DNA of 64,000 nt. It comes from Perkinsela sp. CCAP 1560/9. Its lineage: Eukaryota; Protista; Euglenozoa: Kinetoplastea. The stretch covers positions 1,178,001 through 1,242,000 of the forward strand of contig CBFFSA010000001.1 in NCBI GenBank assembly GCA_965644495.1, written 5' to 3'. Shown piece by piece: positions 32,887 to 42,925 of the stretch; the stretch's first letter is position 1, and each line of letters begins with the position of its first letter. A model generated the notes under the pieces. The model saw only the letters and a program-made list of their open reading frames with translations. It did not search any database and was not told where the DNA came from. Position numbers and translations under genes: made by a program.

Positions 32887-34110
32887 ATGTCTTCCTGGGA
32901 TCTTTCTCTCATTCGACCAGGATTTGATCAACTACTTTTCGTTGATCTGACTGCTGTGCCAGAATTCTTTCTGTGTTGTGACGACCTTCACAATGCCAAA
33001 TATCCCCTGGTCCCCCCAGGAGTGTTTGTGTGGGCTTTTTGCGGTAGGACTTCGCTCTTTCAAGCTTTGGGGCGTCTAACATTTTACACTCTGCTGGCGT
33101 CACAGGCAGTGGAGATCGATAGCTCCCCGACTCCACGAGAGGATGCCACCGCACTCGCTCTTAGTATGACCATCGGGCAAGTCCACGAGATCATTCCCAT
33201 GGAAATACCTTTTACCGTTCTTGGAGCCTCGAAGGGGTTTGAAGAGATCGCCCCTCGCCTGGAGGGAGCTCGAGATATTAGTTGTGTGTTTTTAAACCAA
33301 AATCGCGGGGGTTGGCGCTCCCCTTTGCTACAAAGGATCCACCGTGCAAAGGCGAAAGAGGTACAGAATCTTCCTCCTTTGCCTCAATCATCCTACCTAC
33401 AAAGCATGGAGCGAAAGAAGAAGCAAAAGATAAACCCTTCTTCGTCGTTATTGCACTCGGAAACACACCATAACAAGCAAGGTAAACACAAAGAATTCAC
33501 GTCTCAAAAGGGGAACAAAAAGAGAGACAACGCATCGCACAGTTCTGTGGCAGTGAATTTAGTGGTAGATCAGCTTATCCATTCTCTCAACAATTCAAAT
33601 ACTCGGGTACCAAATTCTCTGCGAAAAATGATCAACAAACATCAGAAAACATCTTCGAGTGAATCTAAAGCAACGCCGGCTTCTCATCATTCAAGATTGA
33701 ACGTACCAAAAAAAAATCAGGAACAGCAAGAAAAAAAATCTTTAAGCAGTTTAAACACACATTACATGGCATTAGACGAAGATAGACCGTCTTCAAATCA
33801 ATATCATTTTTTACAAAGTACTCAAGCGAAGGCGATCGAACTGGATGAGCCATCTTTTTCTTCTCTTACACATGCTCATGCAGCCTTGCCTTTAAATTCT
33901 ACATACCCATCTGAAGTTATGCAGACACCCACAAAAAGTGATGACATTACTTCTCAAACAAATACAAACACAATGTTGAGTCTTCCTAGTACCCTAGGAG
34001 GGCCAATTGTTATTCAAGTTCGGAATTCTCCAGAACCGGGACAAAGCAATTCAAACGCAGTAGCTCCAAGCTTCTCTACGGCACACATTGGCCAGCTCTT
34101 CAGTGTGTAA
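32887..34110 (+). CDS. Protein with an N-terminal PIN-like (ZNF451-type) domain and a disordered C-terminus
   Basis: LLFVDL..VP.FF, VFVWAFCG, EDATALALSMTIG and IPFTVLGASKGFEEI follow the PIN-like pattern. Confidence 0.6.
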   Translation: MSSWDLSLIRPGFDQLLFVDLTAVPEFFLCCDDLHNAKYPLVPPGVFVWAFCGRTSLFQALGRLTFYTLLASQAVEIDSSPTPREDATALALSMTIGQVHEIIPMEIPFTVLGASKGFEEIAPRLEGARDISCVFLNQNRGGWRSPLLQRIHRAKAKEVQNLPPLPQSSYLQSMERKKKQKINPSSSLLHSETHHNKQGKHKEFTSQKGNKKRDNASHSSVAVNLVVDQLIHSLNNSNTRVPNSLRKMINKHQKTSSSESKATPASHHSRLNVPKKNQEQQEKKSLSSLNTHYMALDEDRPSSNQYHFLQSTQAKAIELDEPSFSSLTHAHAALPLNSTYPSEVMQTPTKSDDITSQTNTNTMLSLPSTLGGPIVIQVRNSPEPGQSNSNAVAPSFSTAHIGQLFSV

Positions 34111-34324
34111 GGTATGGGAATCTAAAAATAGCTGAAACATTGAACATGTGTAGTACATTTTTGGAAAATAATTAATGTGTAGATTCCTGATTTCACAGTT
34201 TTGCAGCTACTTGTGGAAGCGAATCTTCTTAATAGAGACCCATGCAATTCGTTTATTTTTCTTCTCACATAGACTTTTTCTCCTTTTCTCCTACCTAAAT
34301 CCTTTACTACCTATTAACACTTCT

Positions 34325-34753
34325 ATGCACACCTACTTCATCTACGGTCTTTGCGCCCTGGCGATGAATCTGGTCGGGGCGTTGTGGTTCGGCCCTGTGT
34401 TCGGTCCCGCTTGGATCTCCCAAATGGCCGTTGACAAGTCACGGCGCTTCGATCGCTGGGCTACCCAGTACTCCTTTTGCACCGGATTTCTGTGCAGCAC
34501 GTTCTCCAACGCCGTTCGCATTGCGGTGATCCACCAGCTCCTGGGATCGCTGAAGCTTCTTCTCCCGGGTCTCACCCAGGAGGCGTTTCTGGCCGTGACT
34601 ACTCTGCACGTCGGGATGTCTCTCACCCTGGCGGCTCAATCGCTCTGGGAACACCGCCCGTGGCGTCTTGTGATTATCTCCCAGGCAGGGATGGTCGCGA
34701 TGACGTATGCGGGCACGGCGGCTCTGTTGTACCTAGTCCATTTAAAGTTGTAA
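34325..34753 (+). CDS. DUF1761-like small membrane protein, copy 1
   Basis: GALWFGPVFGPAW and WEHRPWRLVII motifs with several hydrophobic segments. ATG at 34325. Confidence 0.75.
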   Translation: MHTYFIYGLCALAMNLVGALWFGPVFGPAWISQMAVDKSRRFDRWATQYSFCTGFLCSTFSNAVRIAVIHQLLGSLKLLLPGLTQEAFLAVTTLHVGMSLTLAAQSLWEHRPWRLVIISQAGMVAMTYAGTAALLYLVHLKL

Positions 34754-35263
34754 AAGAAAAAGTGTGTGGGTTTGTAGTATAGGGTTGAGTTAGTAGGGTT
34801 CAAATAGTATTTTTTTCGTAAGATTTTAGCATACTTTCTATGGTTATTAAAGATGTGACGGAAAATAGTATAAAAGAAGCTAATTCAGTTTAAATAGGTA
34901 TTGTCAGAAAAACTAATATTTTGACTGAAGAAAAGTGACAAAAGGGTATCTCATTGTTTCTTTAGCAATGATGTACAGTATTTCTTCGTAAGGATAGTAA
35001 CGTAGTGCTGGTCAAGTTTTAGGACACAAAATAGTGCAATATAGTAGGTGAGGTGTGATTTAGTATATTCAACAATTAAATGTGTCACATCTCTAATATG
35101 AAAGCGAAATAGTCCATAAGGCTCGTGCCTATGAATGGTATTCTCTTTTTTTATTACATCGAAAAGGACAGCGTATCTTATCAACAAAACCAAATATTTT
35201 CCCTATCATATTTTCGGAGTATTTCGTCTTTGTATTCTTTCTTCACAGTTTTAACCAAACGAC

Positions 35264-35692
35264 ATGCATCTGTACCTCGTCTTTGCATTGTGCGGATTTG
35301 CTATGACCGCACTTGGCGCTCTCTGGTATGGCCCTATCTTTAACCGGCAGTGGGTTTCCTTGATGAATTCTGACAAGGCACGCCGCTTTGAGCGTTGGGC
35401 AAACCAGTACCCGATTCCATTCAGTTTTGTGGTTGGTACGTTCTTGAATGCACTTCGAATCGCGACGGTCCACCATGTCCTGAACTCCCTGAGACTGCTT
35501 CGTGGGGGACTCAACCAGCAGGCCTTAATAACCGTGACAATGATGCATGTCGGGTTCTCATTGACGTCAGCGGGAGGATGTGTGTGGGAGCACAGACCAT
35601 GGCGTCTGATTGCGATTAACCAAGGGTACTACGCAGTGATGACCTATGCTGGGACCGCTCTTATGATGTACCTTCTTAATGGTAAACTTTAG
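35264..35692 (+). CDS. DUF1761-like small membrane protein, copy 2 (tandem paralog)
   Basis: GALWYGPIFNRQW and WEHRPWRLIAINQGY motifs. Same length (142 aa) and collinear with copy 1. Confidence 0.8.
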   Translation: MHLYLVFALCGFAMTALGALWYGPIFNRQWVSLMNSDKARRFERWANQYPIPFSFVVGTFLNALRIATVHHVLNSLRLLRGGLNQQALITVTMMHVGFSLTSAGGCVWEHRPWRLIAINQGYYAVMTYAGTALMMYLLNGKL

Positions 35693-36339
35693 AAATGGCT
35701 TCCTTTTAGTTGAATTCTTAAAATTAGTCTACGTAGGAAATAAGAATGTTTTACCGTCAATCTTACTAGTTTCTTTTACTGGTGATATTTACAAAACTGA
35801 CGAAAGAAAAATATTATGATGGTATTGTGGTTATTCAATTTTAGTCTCACTGTACAAAGTAAGTCGTGTAATCCAGTTTTTTAACTGGATAGTGATCAAA
35901 AGTTGCAGGCGCAGTTATTTTTTGAAATATGATATAAACAAATTGCTAGAACTCCTCTCTTCGTAAGCAAAGAACATTTATCGTTCGGTCCAAGAGAGAA
36001 ATCTAATAGCGCTACAATAATATAAATTTTACCTCTTGTATCACACTTACACAGTAGAATAGCACTTTCTTTTTCATTTTCCGTAAAAATAATAGCCGTG
36101 TTCATATTGTAGATTTGTATACACAGAATATCTGTCTAAAAGTAGCTTTTCTATCCGAGTTCTAACTAAAAGAAATGAACTCTCGGTGGGGAAAAAATAA
36201 AATGCACAAATTGACAGAAGCAATGATTAACCTTTTTTTGAGAAACAAACATATTAGACTCACTTTTCTCTATCCTTGTTACCCCCTATGAGAAATTCGC
36301 AATGCTATCCATCTCTCCAGTGAAACCTTCTTTTACGAT

Positions 36340-37320
36340 TCCGTTACGAAGTATCCACAAAAATTTGCCATGTACCCATTCAAATTGATGTTTTAACCTC
36401 CTCACTAAACCCCCCACGGCCTACCACGTATCCGCTAACACGAGCAGCACACTGCGGAGTCTCTACCATGCGTCTCCTTCCCCCGTGGCGCCAAAAAATC
36501 GAGATGAACATGGCACAAGCCATCAACAGCGCGCTGGACTGCGCACTCGGGTCGTCTCCGAAAACCTTTTTCTTCGGGGAGGACGTTGCCTTTGGCGGGG
36601 TGTTTCGCTGTTCCCTCGGGCTACAGTCCAAATACGGCAAGGGTCGTGTGTTCAACACCCCCGACACGGAGCAAGGCATCATGGGGTTTGCCATCGGTCT
36701 TGCCTCCAACGGGTGGGAGGCGATTGCGGAGATTCAGTTCGCGGATTACCTCTACCCCGGGTTGGATCAACTCGCGAATGAGGCGGCAAAGTACCGCTAC
36801 CGTAGTGGGGGGATGTTTGATTGTGGGGGGCTTACCGTGCGTGCCCCCTGTGGAGCAGTCGGCCACGGAGGGACGTACCACTCCCAGAGCCCGGAGAGTT
36901 TTCTTACGCACCTGCCGGGGTTGAAAGTGGTGATGCCCTCTACCCCGTCTGAGGCGAAGGGGTTGTTGCTGTCCTGTATAGAGGATCGTAACCCGTGTGT
37001 GTTTCTGGAGCCCAAGGCACTGTATCGTACGGTAACTCAGGAGGTGGAGTGTGAGGGGTTTTATACCCCCCTGGGAGAGGCTCGTGTGGTGACGGAAGGA
37101 CATGACCTCACGGTGATTTCCTACGGAGCGCAGCTGCGGAGAGTGCATGCGGGGGTAGAATTGGCGAAAGTGCAACGGGAAGGCCTCTCGGTGGAGGTGA
37201 TTGATCTTCGCACGTTGTTGCCGTTTGATTTGGCCACGCTTGCGGCGTCTGTAAGGAAAACAGGGCGATTTTTGGTGACGCATGAAGCTCCCGTTACGTC
37301 TGGGTTTGGGGCGGAATTAG
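36340..37320. other. Milder strand-skew flip island (switch ~36600-36750)
   Basis: C-rich 36340-36560 and G-rich third codon positions 36780-37320. Confidence 0.7.
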
Positions 37321-37475
37321 TTGCTTCGCTTACGAAGGAGTGCTTCTTGTACTTAGACGCTCCTCCACGTCGGGTATGTGGACTTGACTCACCTTTTCCT
37401 CATATTTACGAAGCGCATTATCTTCCGAACAAACAGAAATTATGTGACACAATTTTAGAAGTCTGTTCATTCTAA
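36468..37475 (+). CDS. BCKDHB: Branched-chain 2-oxoacid dehydrogenase E1 beta subunit
   Basis: FGEDVAFGGVFRC, AEIQFADY, NEAAKYRYRSG, VGHGGTYHSQSPE and HEAPVTSGFGAE motifs. Confidence 0.96.
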   Translation: MRLLPPWRQKIEMNMAQAINSALDCALGSSPKTFFFGEDVAFGGVFRCSLGLQSKYGKGRVFNTPDTEQGIMGFAIGLASNGWEAIAEIQFADYLYPGLDQLANEAAKYRYRSGGMFDCGGLTVRAPCGAVGHGGTYHSQSPESFLTHLPGLKVVMPSTPSEAKGLLLSCIEDRNPCVFLEPKALYRTVTQEVECEGFYTPLGEARVVTEGHDLTVISYGAQLRRVHAGVELAKVQREGLSVEVIDLRTLLPFDLATLAASVRKTGRFLVTHEAPVTSGFGAELVASLTKECFLYLDAPPRRVCGLDSPFPHIYEAHYLPNKQKLCDTILEVCSF

Positions 37476-37747
37476 GGAGAGGATGTTTAGCATAGATACC
37501 CCTTTTCTTGCGCAAGACTGCTAATTCTCACATACAATGCATGTATGTACAATGCACACATTCTTATGTATGACGAGAAGTTTAGCAGGTGGATTGAAAA
37601 TTCTGTTTCAAGCACACGTCCACCTTATGTTTCTTACAAGCAGGGACAAAATCTTCGGGTGGAAAAATTAAATTCATAAGAAATATCCCTTCTTAGACTT
37701 TGACAACACATTCAAGATAAGGTTTGGTTTATTTAACAATTAAAACT

Positions 37748-38461
37748 ATGAACTCAACCAATTATACCAGCTATTCACGTCCAGCCAAAGTAAGGAGAAT
37801 AAACTTACCGGATGAGTACAACTTGGAAAGATTGATCGAAAAGGTTAATGATAGACATAAAACTTGGATAACGAACATTTCAGCTTGTAAATGGGAAGGA
37901 CTTACGTGCACCAAAAGAGGTGAAATCACATCAATTCAATGGAGTGGCATATCTATGGGTGGATGTTTGCAGTGGAAGTATCTAACCTTTTTGCCACAAA
38001 ATTTTATACATTTGGACGTTTCTGACTGTCGGTTATCAGGAGAGGTGGAATTTCATAATTTTCCTCATCAGTTTAGGTACGGCAGACTGGAAAAAAATAA
38101 ATTTTACGGCACTTTAGATGTTACGCGCCTTCCTTGCAACCTAAAAGATTTTTATCTAAATTGTAATGCTTTTGAAGGAAGTGTGGACTTGACGAGACTT
38201 CCTTGCACTCTGACTTCCCTGTCGCTAAGGCGGAACAGATTTTCAGGTACTTTGGATTTTTCTGCTTTACCTTCGAGACTTCATACTTTAGACCTTAGTA
38301 ATAACAGGTTTACAGGTCAGCCGAATCTTTCTTTTTTGCCCTCTGCACTACTCCGACTGAACCTCAGCAAGAATACGTTGGAAGGTCATGTAGATGTTTC
38401 GTATTTGAATCGTTCTCTTAGGCTTAAATTGGAGAGGAATGTACATCTCCATATTGACTGA
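37748..38461 (+). CDS. LRR family protein
   Basis: Cap ACKWEGLTC and repeats such as NAFEGSVDLTRLP. First ATG at 37748. Confidence 0.9.
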   Translation: MNSTNYTSYSRPAKVRRINLPDEYNLERLIEKVNDRHKTWITNISACKWEGLTCTKRGEITSIQWSGISMGGCLQWKYLTFLPQNFIHLDVSDCRLSGEVEFHNFPHQFRYGRLEKNKFYGTLDVTRLPCNLKDFYLNCNAFEGSVDLTRLPCTLTSLSLRRNRFSGTLDFSALPSRLHTLDLSNNRFTGQPNLSFLPSALLRLNLSKNTLEGHVDVSYLNRSLRLKLERNVHLHID

Positions 38462-38904
38462 AGTTTTTTTGGGAACGGCGAAGGGAACCAGTCGTTCATA
38501 CAATTGATGTACTCCTGATATAAGATACATTATCACAGACTTCAAAAACACGCTTGTCACCGGTCCCAAGCCCGGCGTCGTCTTCTTAACAAGACGAAGT
38601 GTGGAGGTGAAGAATGTCATTGTACGATAAAGTACGATTTTTTAATATCTATTCATCTCTTCGTTTGTTGAACATACAGGTTTGTTGAACAAACACACTA
38701 TATAATCATTGGTTCCGATCCAAAGATAAGATATACATATTTTATTTACATGTTGACATTCCATGTGGGACCGAGCCTGGCACCACATTCGTGATTTTAT
38801 TCCGGTTCGTTTTAGCCCTGATCGGGGAAAACATACCGTTCGCGCCAAATTGCACTACCCCGAGGACCTTTGTGACTCACGGTCGACGATTATTATTATT
38901 ATTA

Positions 38905-39855
38905 TTATTTGCCTCGAGGTCCTTCGGGACTGACGGTTGGCACTTCACCTCGAGGTTCTTCGGAACTGACGGTTGGTGGTTTTACTTTGCCTCGAGCTCC
39001 TTCGGGACTGACGGTTGGCACTTCACCTCGAGGTTCTTCGGAACTGACGGTTGGTGGTTTTACTTTGCCTCGAGGTCCTTCGGGACTGACGGTTGGCACT
39101 TCACCTCGAGGTTCTTCGGAACTGACGGTTGGTGGTTTTACTTTGCCTCGAGGTCCTTCGGGACTGACGGTTGGCACTTCACCTCGAGGTTCTTCGGAAC
39201 TGACGGTTGGTGGTTTTACTTTGCCTCGAGGTCCTTCGGGACTGACGGTTGGCACTTCACCTCGAGGTTCTTCGGAACTGACGGTTGGTGGTTTTACTTT
39301 GCCTCGAGGTCCTTCGGGACTGACGGTTGGCACTTCACCTCGAGGTTCTTCGGAACTGACGGTTGGTGGTTTTACTTTGCCTCGAGGTCCTTCGGGACTG
39401 ACGGTTGGCACTTCACCTCGAGGTTCTTCGGAACTGACGGTTGGTGGTTTTACTTTGCCTCGAGGTCCTTCGGGACTGACGGTTGGCACTTCACCTCGAG
39501 GTTCTTCGGAACTGACGGTTGGTGGTTTTACTTTGCCTCGAGGTCCTTCGGGACTGACGGTTGGCACTTCACCTCGAGGTTCTTCGGAACTGACGGTTGG
39601 TGGTTTTACTTTGCCTCGAGGTCCTTCGGGACTGACGGTTGGCACTTCACCTCGAGGTTCTTCGGAACTGACGGTTGGTGGTTTTACTTTGCCTCGAGGT
39701 CCTTCGGGACTGACGGTTGGCACTTCACCTCGAGGTTCTTCGGAACTGACGGTTGGTGGTTTTACTTTGCCTCGAGGTCCTTCGGGACTGACGGTTGGCA
39801 CTTCACCTCGAGGTTCTTCGGAACTGACGGTTGGCACATCACTTCGAATGATCAT
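38905..39855 (-). CDS. Possible Pro/Glu-rich repeat protein (VKPPTVSSEEPRGEVPTVSPEGPRGK)n, antisense to the polycistron
   Basis: The only open minus frame through the array. ATG at 39855; ends in a run of TAA codons. It may be non-coding. Confidence 0.3.
   Translation of the reverse strand: MIIRSDVPTVSSEEPRGEVPTVSPEGPRGKVKPPTVSSEEPRGEVPTVSPEGPRGKVKPPTVSSEEPRGEVPTVSPEGPRGKVKPPTVSSEEPRGEVPTVSPEGPRGKVKPPTVSSEEPRGEVPTVSPEGPRGKVKPPTVSSEEPRGEVPTVSPEGPRGKVKPPTVSSEEPRGEVPTVSPEGPRGKVKPPTVSSEEPRGEVPTVSPEGPRGKVKPPTVSSEEPRGEVPTVSPEGPRGKVKPPTVSSEEPRGEVPTVSPEGPRGKVKPPTVSSEEPRGEVPTVSPEGARGKVKPPTVSSEEPRGEVPTVSPEGPRGK
38908..39847. repeat. Tandem array, 12 x 78 bp (36-bp and 42-bp related subunits)
   Basis: Units start at 38912+78n. 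Only one internal substitution seen (38997). Preceded by (TTA)7 at ~38887-38907 and a degenerate subunit at ~38855-38885. Confidence 0.97.
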
Positions 39856-40288
39856 TAAGGGTAGATTTCTTGTAGTCGTAAATTTAATGATTATTGTAAG
39901 CAAAGATTGCTGATCATCACACAGTACCACTGCCGTTTGTGTTGTTTTCCAGTGTACTGGAAGTAAAGAAAAAGAAGCGGATAGAAAAAATGAAATTGTC
40001 TGTGTGACGCACCTTATACGACTCGCGTAGGCGGGTCAGTTTTGCACTGCTTTTTTTTCGCGGATTTCTAATGCAATGCCTTTACGGCTACGCATCTGTG
40101 TGCGTATCTAATAAAAGATGCTCAACATATTTGACACCCCTTAGAGTTTTGTTTTACGCTTCAAAACCTAGAATGATGACAAGAAGGGGAGGAGGGAGTT
40201 GATCTGCGGTGCCAATGGGCATGCCTGTCACTGGGTTTGGTCCTGGTATAAAGGCCGTTCCTCGGTGAACCGTTCCGTCGTGTGGTGA

Positions 40289-40540
40289 GGTCCTTGGTAC
40301 TTGCTTCGCGTTCCGGATTTTGTGATCCGAGGCCCCTTATGGCTCTGTTTCCACTACACTTGTTGTAATGAGAGGTCCTTTGGACTTGTTATGTGTTCCG
40401 GATTTTATGATCCGAGGCCTTTTATGGCTCTATTTCCACTACAATTGGTGTAGTGGGGTCCTTTGGGCTTGTTTCGCATTCCGGATTTTATGATCCGAGG
40501 CCTTTTATGGCTCCATTTCCACTACAATTGGTGTAGTGAG
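40289..40540. repeat. Three imperfect ~83-85-bp tandem repeats
   Basis: TTCCGGATTTT(A/G)TGATCCGAGGCC...TTTCCACTACA recurs at ~40311, 40396 and 40479. Confidence 0.9.
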
Positions 40541-41505
40541 GTTTGGACTTGGTTTGCGCGATGAGGAGATTTCGACCGGAGTATAGGAGATTCAGATCCG
40601 ATTTGATGTTGTTTTTTAATGTATTGTTTCAAGTCCTTTTTGAGGTGATTGGTGGCATCATCCATAGCTTGACTGATGTTTGTAGGATGAAGGTGCTCTG
40701 GAAATGTGTGAACATTTCCTACGATTGTCAGAGAGAAAAAAAGAAGCTTTTGTTTCGAATTTTTACTTTTGAAAACGTGAAGAAAAGAGGGCATAGAAAT
40801 AAGGAAGTCTACTTTTCAAAATGTGATCGCCTCGCTGTTTGATTCAGCGCGCCGTCAAACGTACCGCAGTTTAGAGCTTTTAGTAGCGGTGGTCTTTGTG
40901 AAACATTTGCTACGATTGTTTAGTGGGATATTAGTGTGCTTTACGAACGGTAGGTGACTCGGGATATGACGTCCGAAACTGATCTTCGAACGATGTGAGC
41001 AAGCATATGGTCCCACTTTTGATGGATAAGAAGAAGAAAGAAGGAGAAAAAAGAAGAGCTATTCGGTACCATGGCTTGCCAGGCGTACTGGTCTTGGTCC
41101 CGGTTCCAAGGTGCTTATGAAGTCTGTGATAATGAGGGTGTTGCTAATCCCTGGACAGTATGCCGCCCAGGGACACAGCAACTCCCCATTATCTCGGCGT
41201 AGTAAACACGCCTTGGCTTGCCTGGCACTGTAATCGCCGAGAAAAAAAAAACTCGCGCCTCTCGTGGTACGAGAAGGAGCAGGCTGAACAGAAGTCGGAA
41301 GATCCGGTGCGAAGTACGCACGAATGATTTGGATCTGCTTGAAAGAATTTGTGTGGGGGGTCTCCCCGAGAAGATGTGAAGTCCCGTGAAGGGAAGCAAG
41401 ATCTCGCCCTGGTCGCTTCTGCAAAAAAAAGGAAAAAGAAGGGTTGGTAAATTACATCCCGCTATGGGAGACGAGTAAGCGAGCAAGTTGTAGGTTGTAA
41501 ATATA

Positions 41506-42549
41506 CAGTAAACGTCACTATTCTCAGAATGTTCAGTTGTACGTTGACACACAAAAAACGGCTTTTTTGTCGTTTTTCGTCACTATTCTCAGAATTGGTC
41601 TGTTGAACGTTGACAGGCACTTTTTTATGAGGTCAAATCATAATTCTCATTTTTAAAAAAGAAAACGTTTTGCAAGAAAAATGTTAGCAGCGGAGCAACA
41701 GGCCGCTTTGGATGCACAAAAATGATCCCCAGAGATCTCCCACTATCTCCTTGGTTTGCGGAGTCGCCGCTCTATCAGAAGAACGCCGCGCAGTCAAACA
41801 GCGCAAGTTTTCCTTTTGTGTATTAGCGTTTTGTTTTCAGAAAAACAAAGTTTCATTACTCGTAGTCACCTAAATCAATGTTTTCTTTTCTTTTTTTGGT
41901 CTCACTAAGACATTTGTGTGCCTTTCATGAATGGAAGAAGAGAAGGGACAACGATAAAAATGATCTCCAGTGATCCTCTGTGACCCCCATCTATCTCCAC
42001 CTACCTATACCCCCCCCCGGTAATAGAATCGATTTTGGACCATAAAGGCCAAATCCTTGTTACTGGGTGGGGTATGCTTTTTCGGTGGGTAAAGGCCTTT
42101 TTCGTTCATGAGTGCGTTGATTTTCTGTACAGCCAACCCAGAAACCACGCGATTCGCTACTGCACAACCACCCTCATCCCGTCCAGACACCCCCCCCCCC
42201 CTCCAACCACCCTCCCGAGACAAATCCTTGTTACTGTGTGTCGGCCCAAAAATGGCGAAATCTCTGCTACTGGGGGGTCCATTAGTGGGGGAGTATACGG
42301 TATCCCCAGTGATTTCCACCGATCTCTCGCATCCTCTCCAGTTAGTGAAGATGAAGCAGTGAGTTAATCAGTGAGAGAACGAAAGCGTTTTTTTTTCAAT
42401 TCTCATTTTTGAGTGTAAAATTGAATTGAACGTTGACACATGACCGAAGCTCCATTCTCATTTTCTAAGGTGCATTCTCATTTTAGTCAGTTGTACGTTG
42501 ACAGCCCAATTCTCATTTTTAGCGACTCTCAGAATAGTGACGTTTACTG
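41506..42549. mobile_element. Tc1/mariner-type MITE, family CAGTAAACG, copy 1
   Basis: TA|CAGTAAACGTCACTATTCT ... AGAATAGTGACGTTTACTG|TA (19-bp perfect TIR). Subterminal ATTCTCA and CGTTGACA repeats. A second, inverted copy lies at 58899-61973. Confidence 0.92.
42004..42300 (+). mobile_element. MITE nested inside 41506-42549
   Basis: TA|CCTATACCCCCC ... GGGGGAGTATACGG|TA. Homologous to 23341-23872 and absent from the second CAGTAAACG copy. Confidence 0.7.
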
Positions 42550-42925
42550 TATTGCCAACGCCGCATTATTGAATGCATTACGCGGGGCGCGTTGATAGAA
42601 AAAGGAAAAAAAACACAACTAATTGTACTAATTATATTTATAATTAGTTATTAGAGAGAATTTATAATAATTAATTATATTTATAATTAGTTATTAGAGG
42701 TTCTCTTTTTTATCGGAATGGTGCCTGATAAGGATTGCTCCGGTTGTATCACATTTGCATGTCTTCTTTTGGTGAAGTCAGTGCTTGATGCTACCGAGGG
42801 AACAGGGGTCCGAATAACTATAAAACTTTATTATAGGTACTTTAAAGTAACTATATTTATTTTTCCCTACCTTTATCTACCTTTATTTTTTTGTCAATGA
42901 TCTGCACTGGAATCGTACTATTTTG

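Noticed and set aside
38908-39847. CRISPR array
   Set aside because: The intervening sequences are identical rather than unique spacers, there are no cas genes, and the context is eukaryotic.
38908-39847. Tandem hammerhead ribozymes (hairpin followed by CTGACGG)
   Set aside because: The core needs CUGANGA, GAAA and an NUH triplet; A9, GAAA and the triplet are all missing.
38791-39913. Plus-strand repeat ORFs (FASRSFGTDGW... and PRGPSGLTVG...)
   Set aside because: They have non-ATG starts and are open only because the 78-bp unit lacks stops in those frames.
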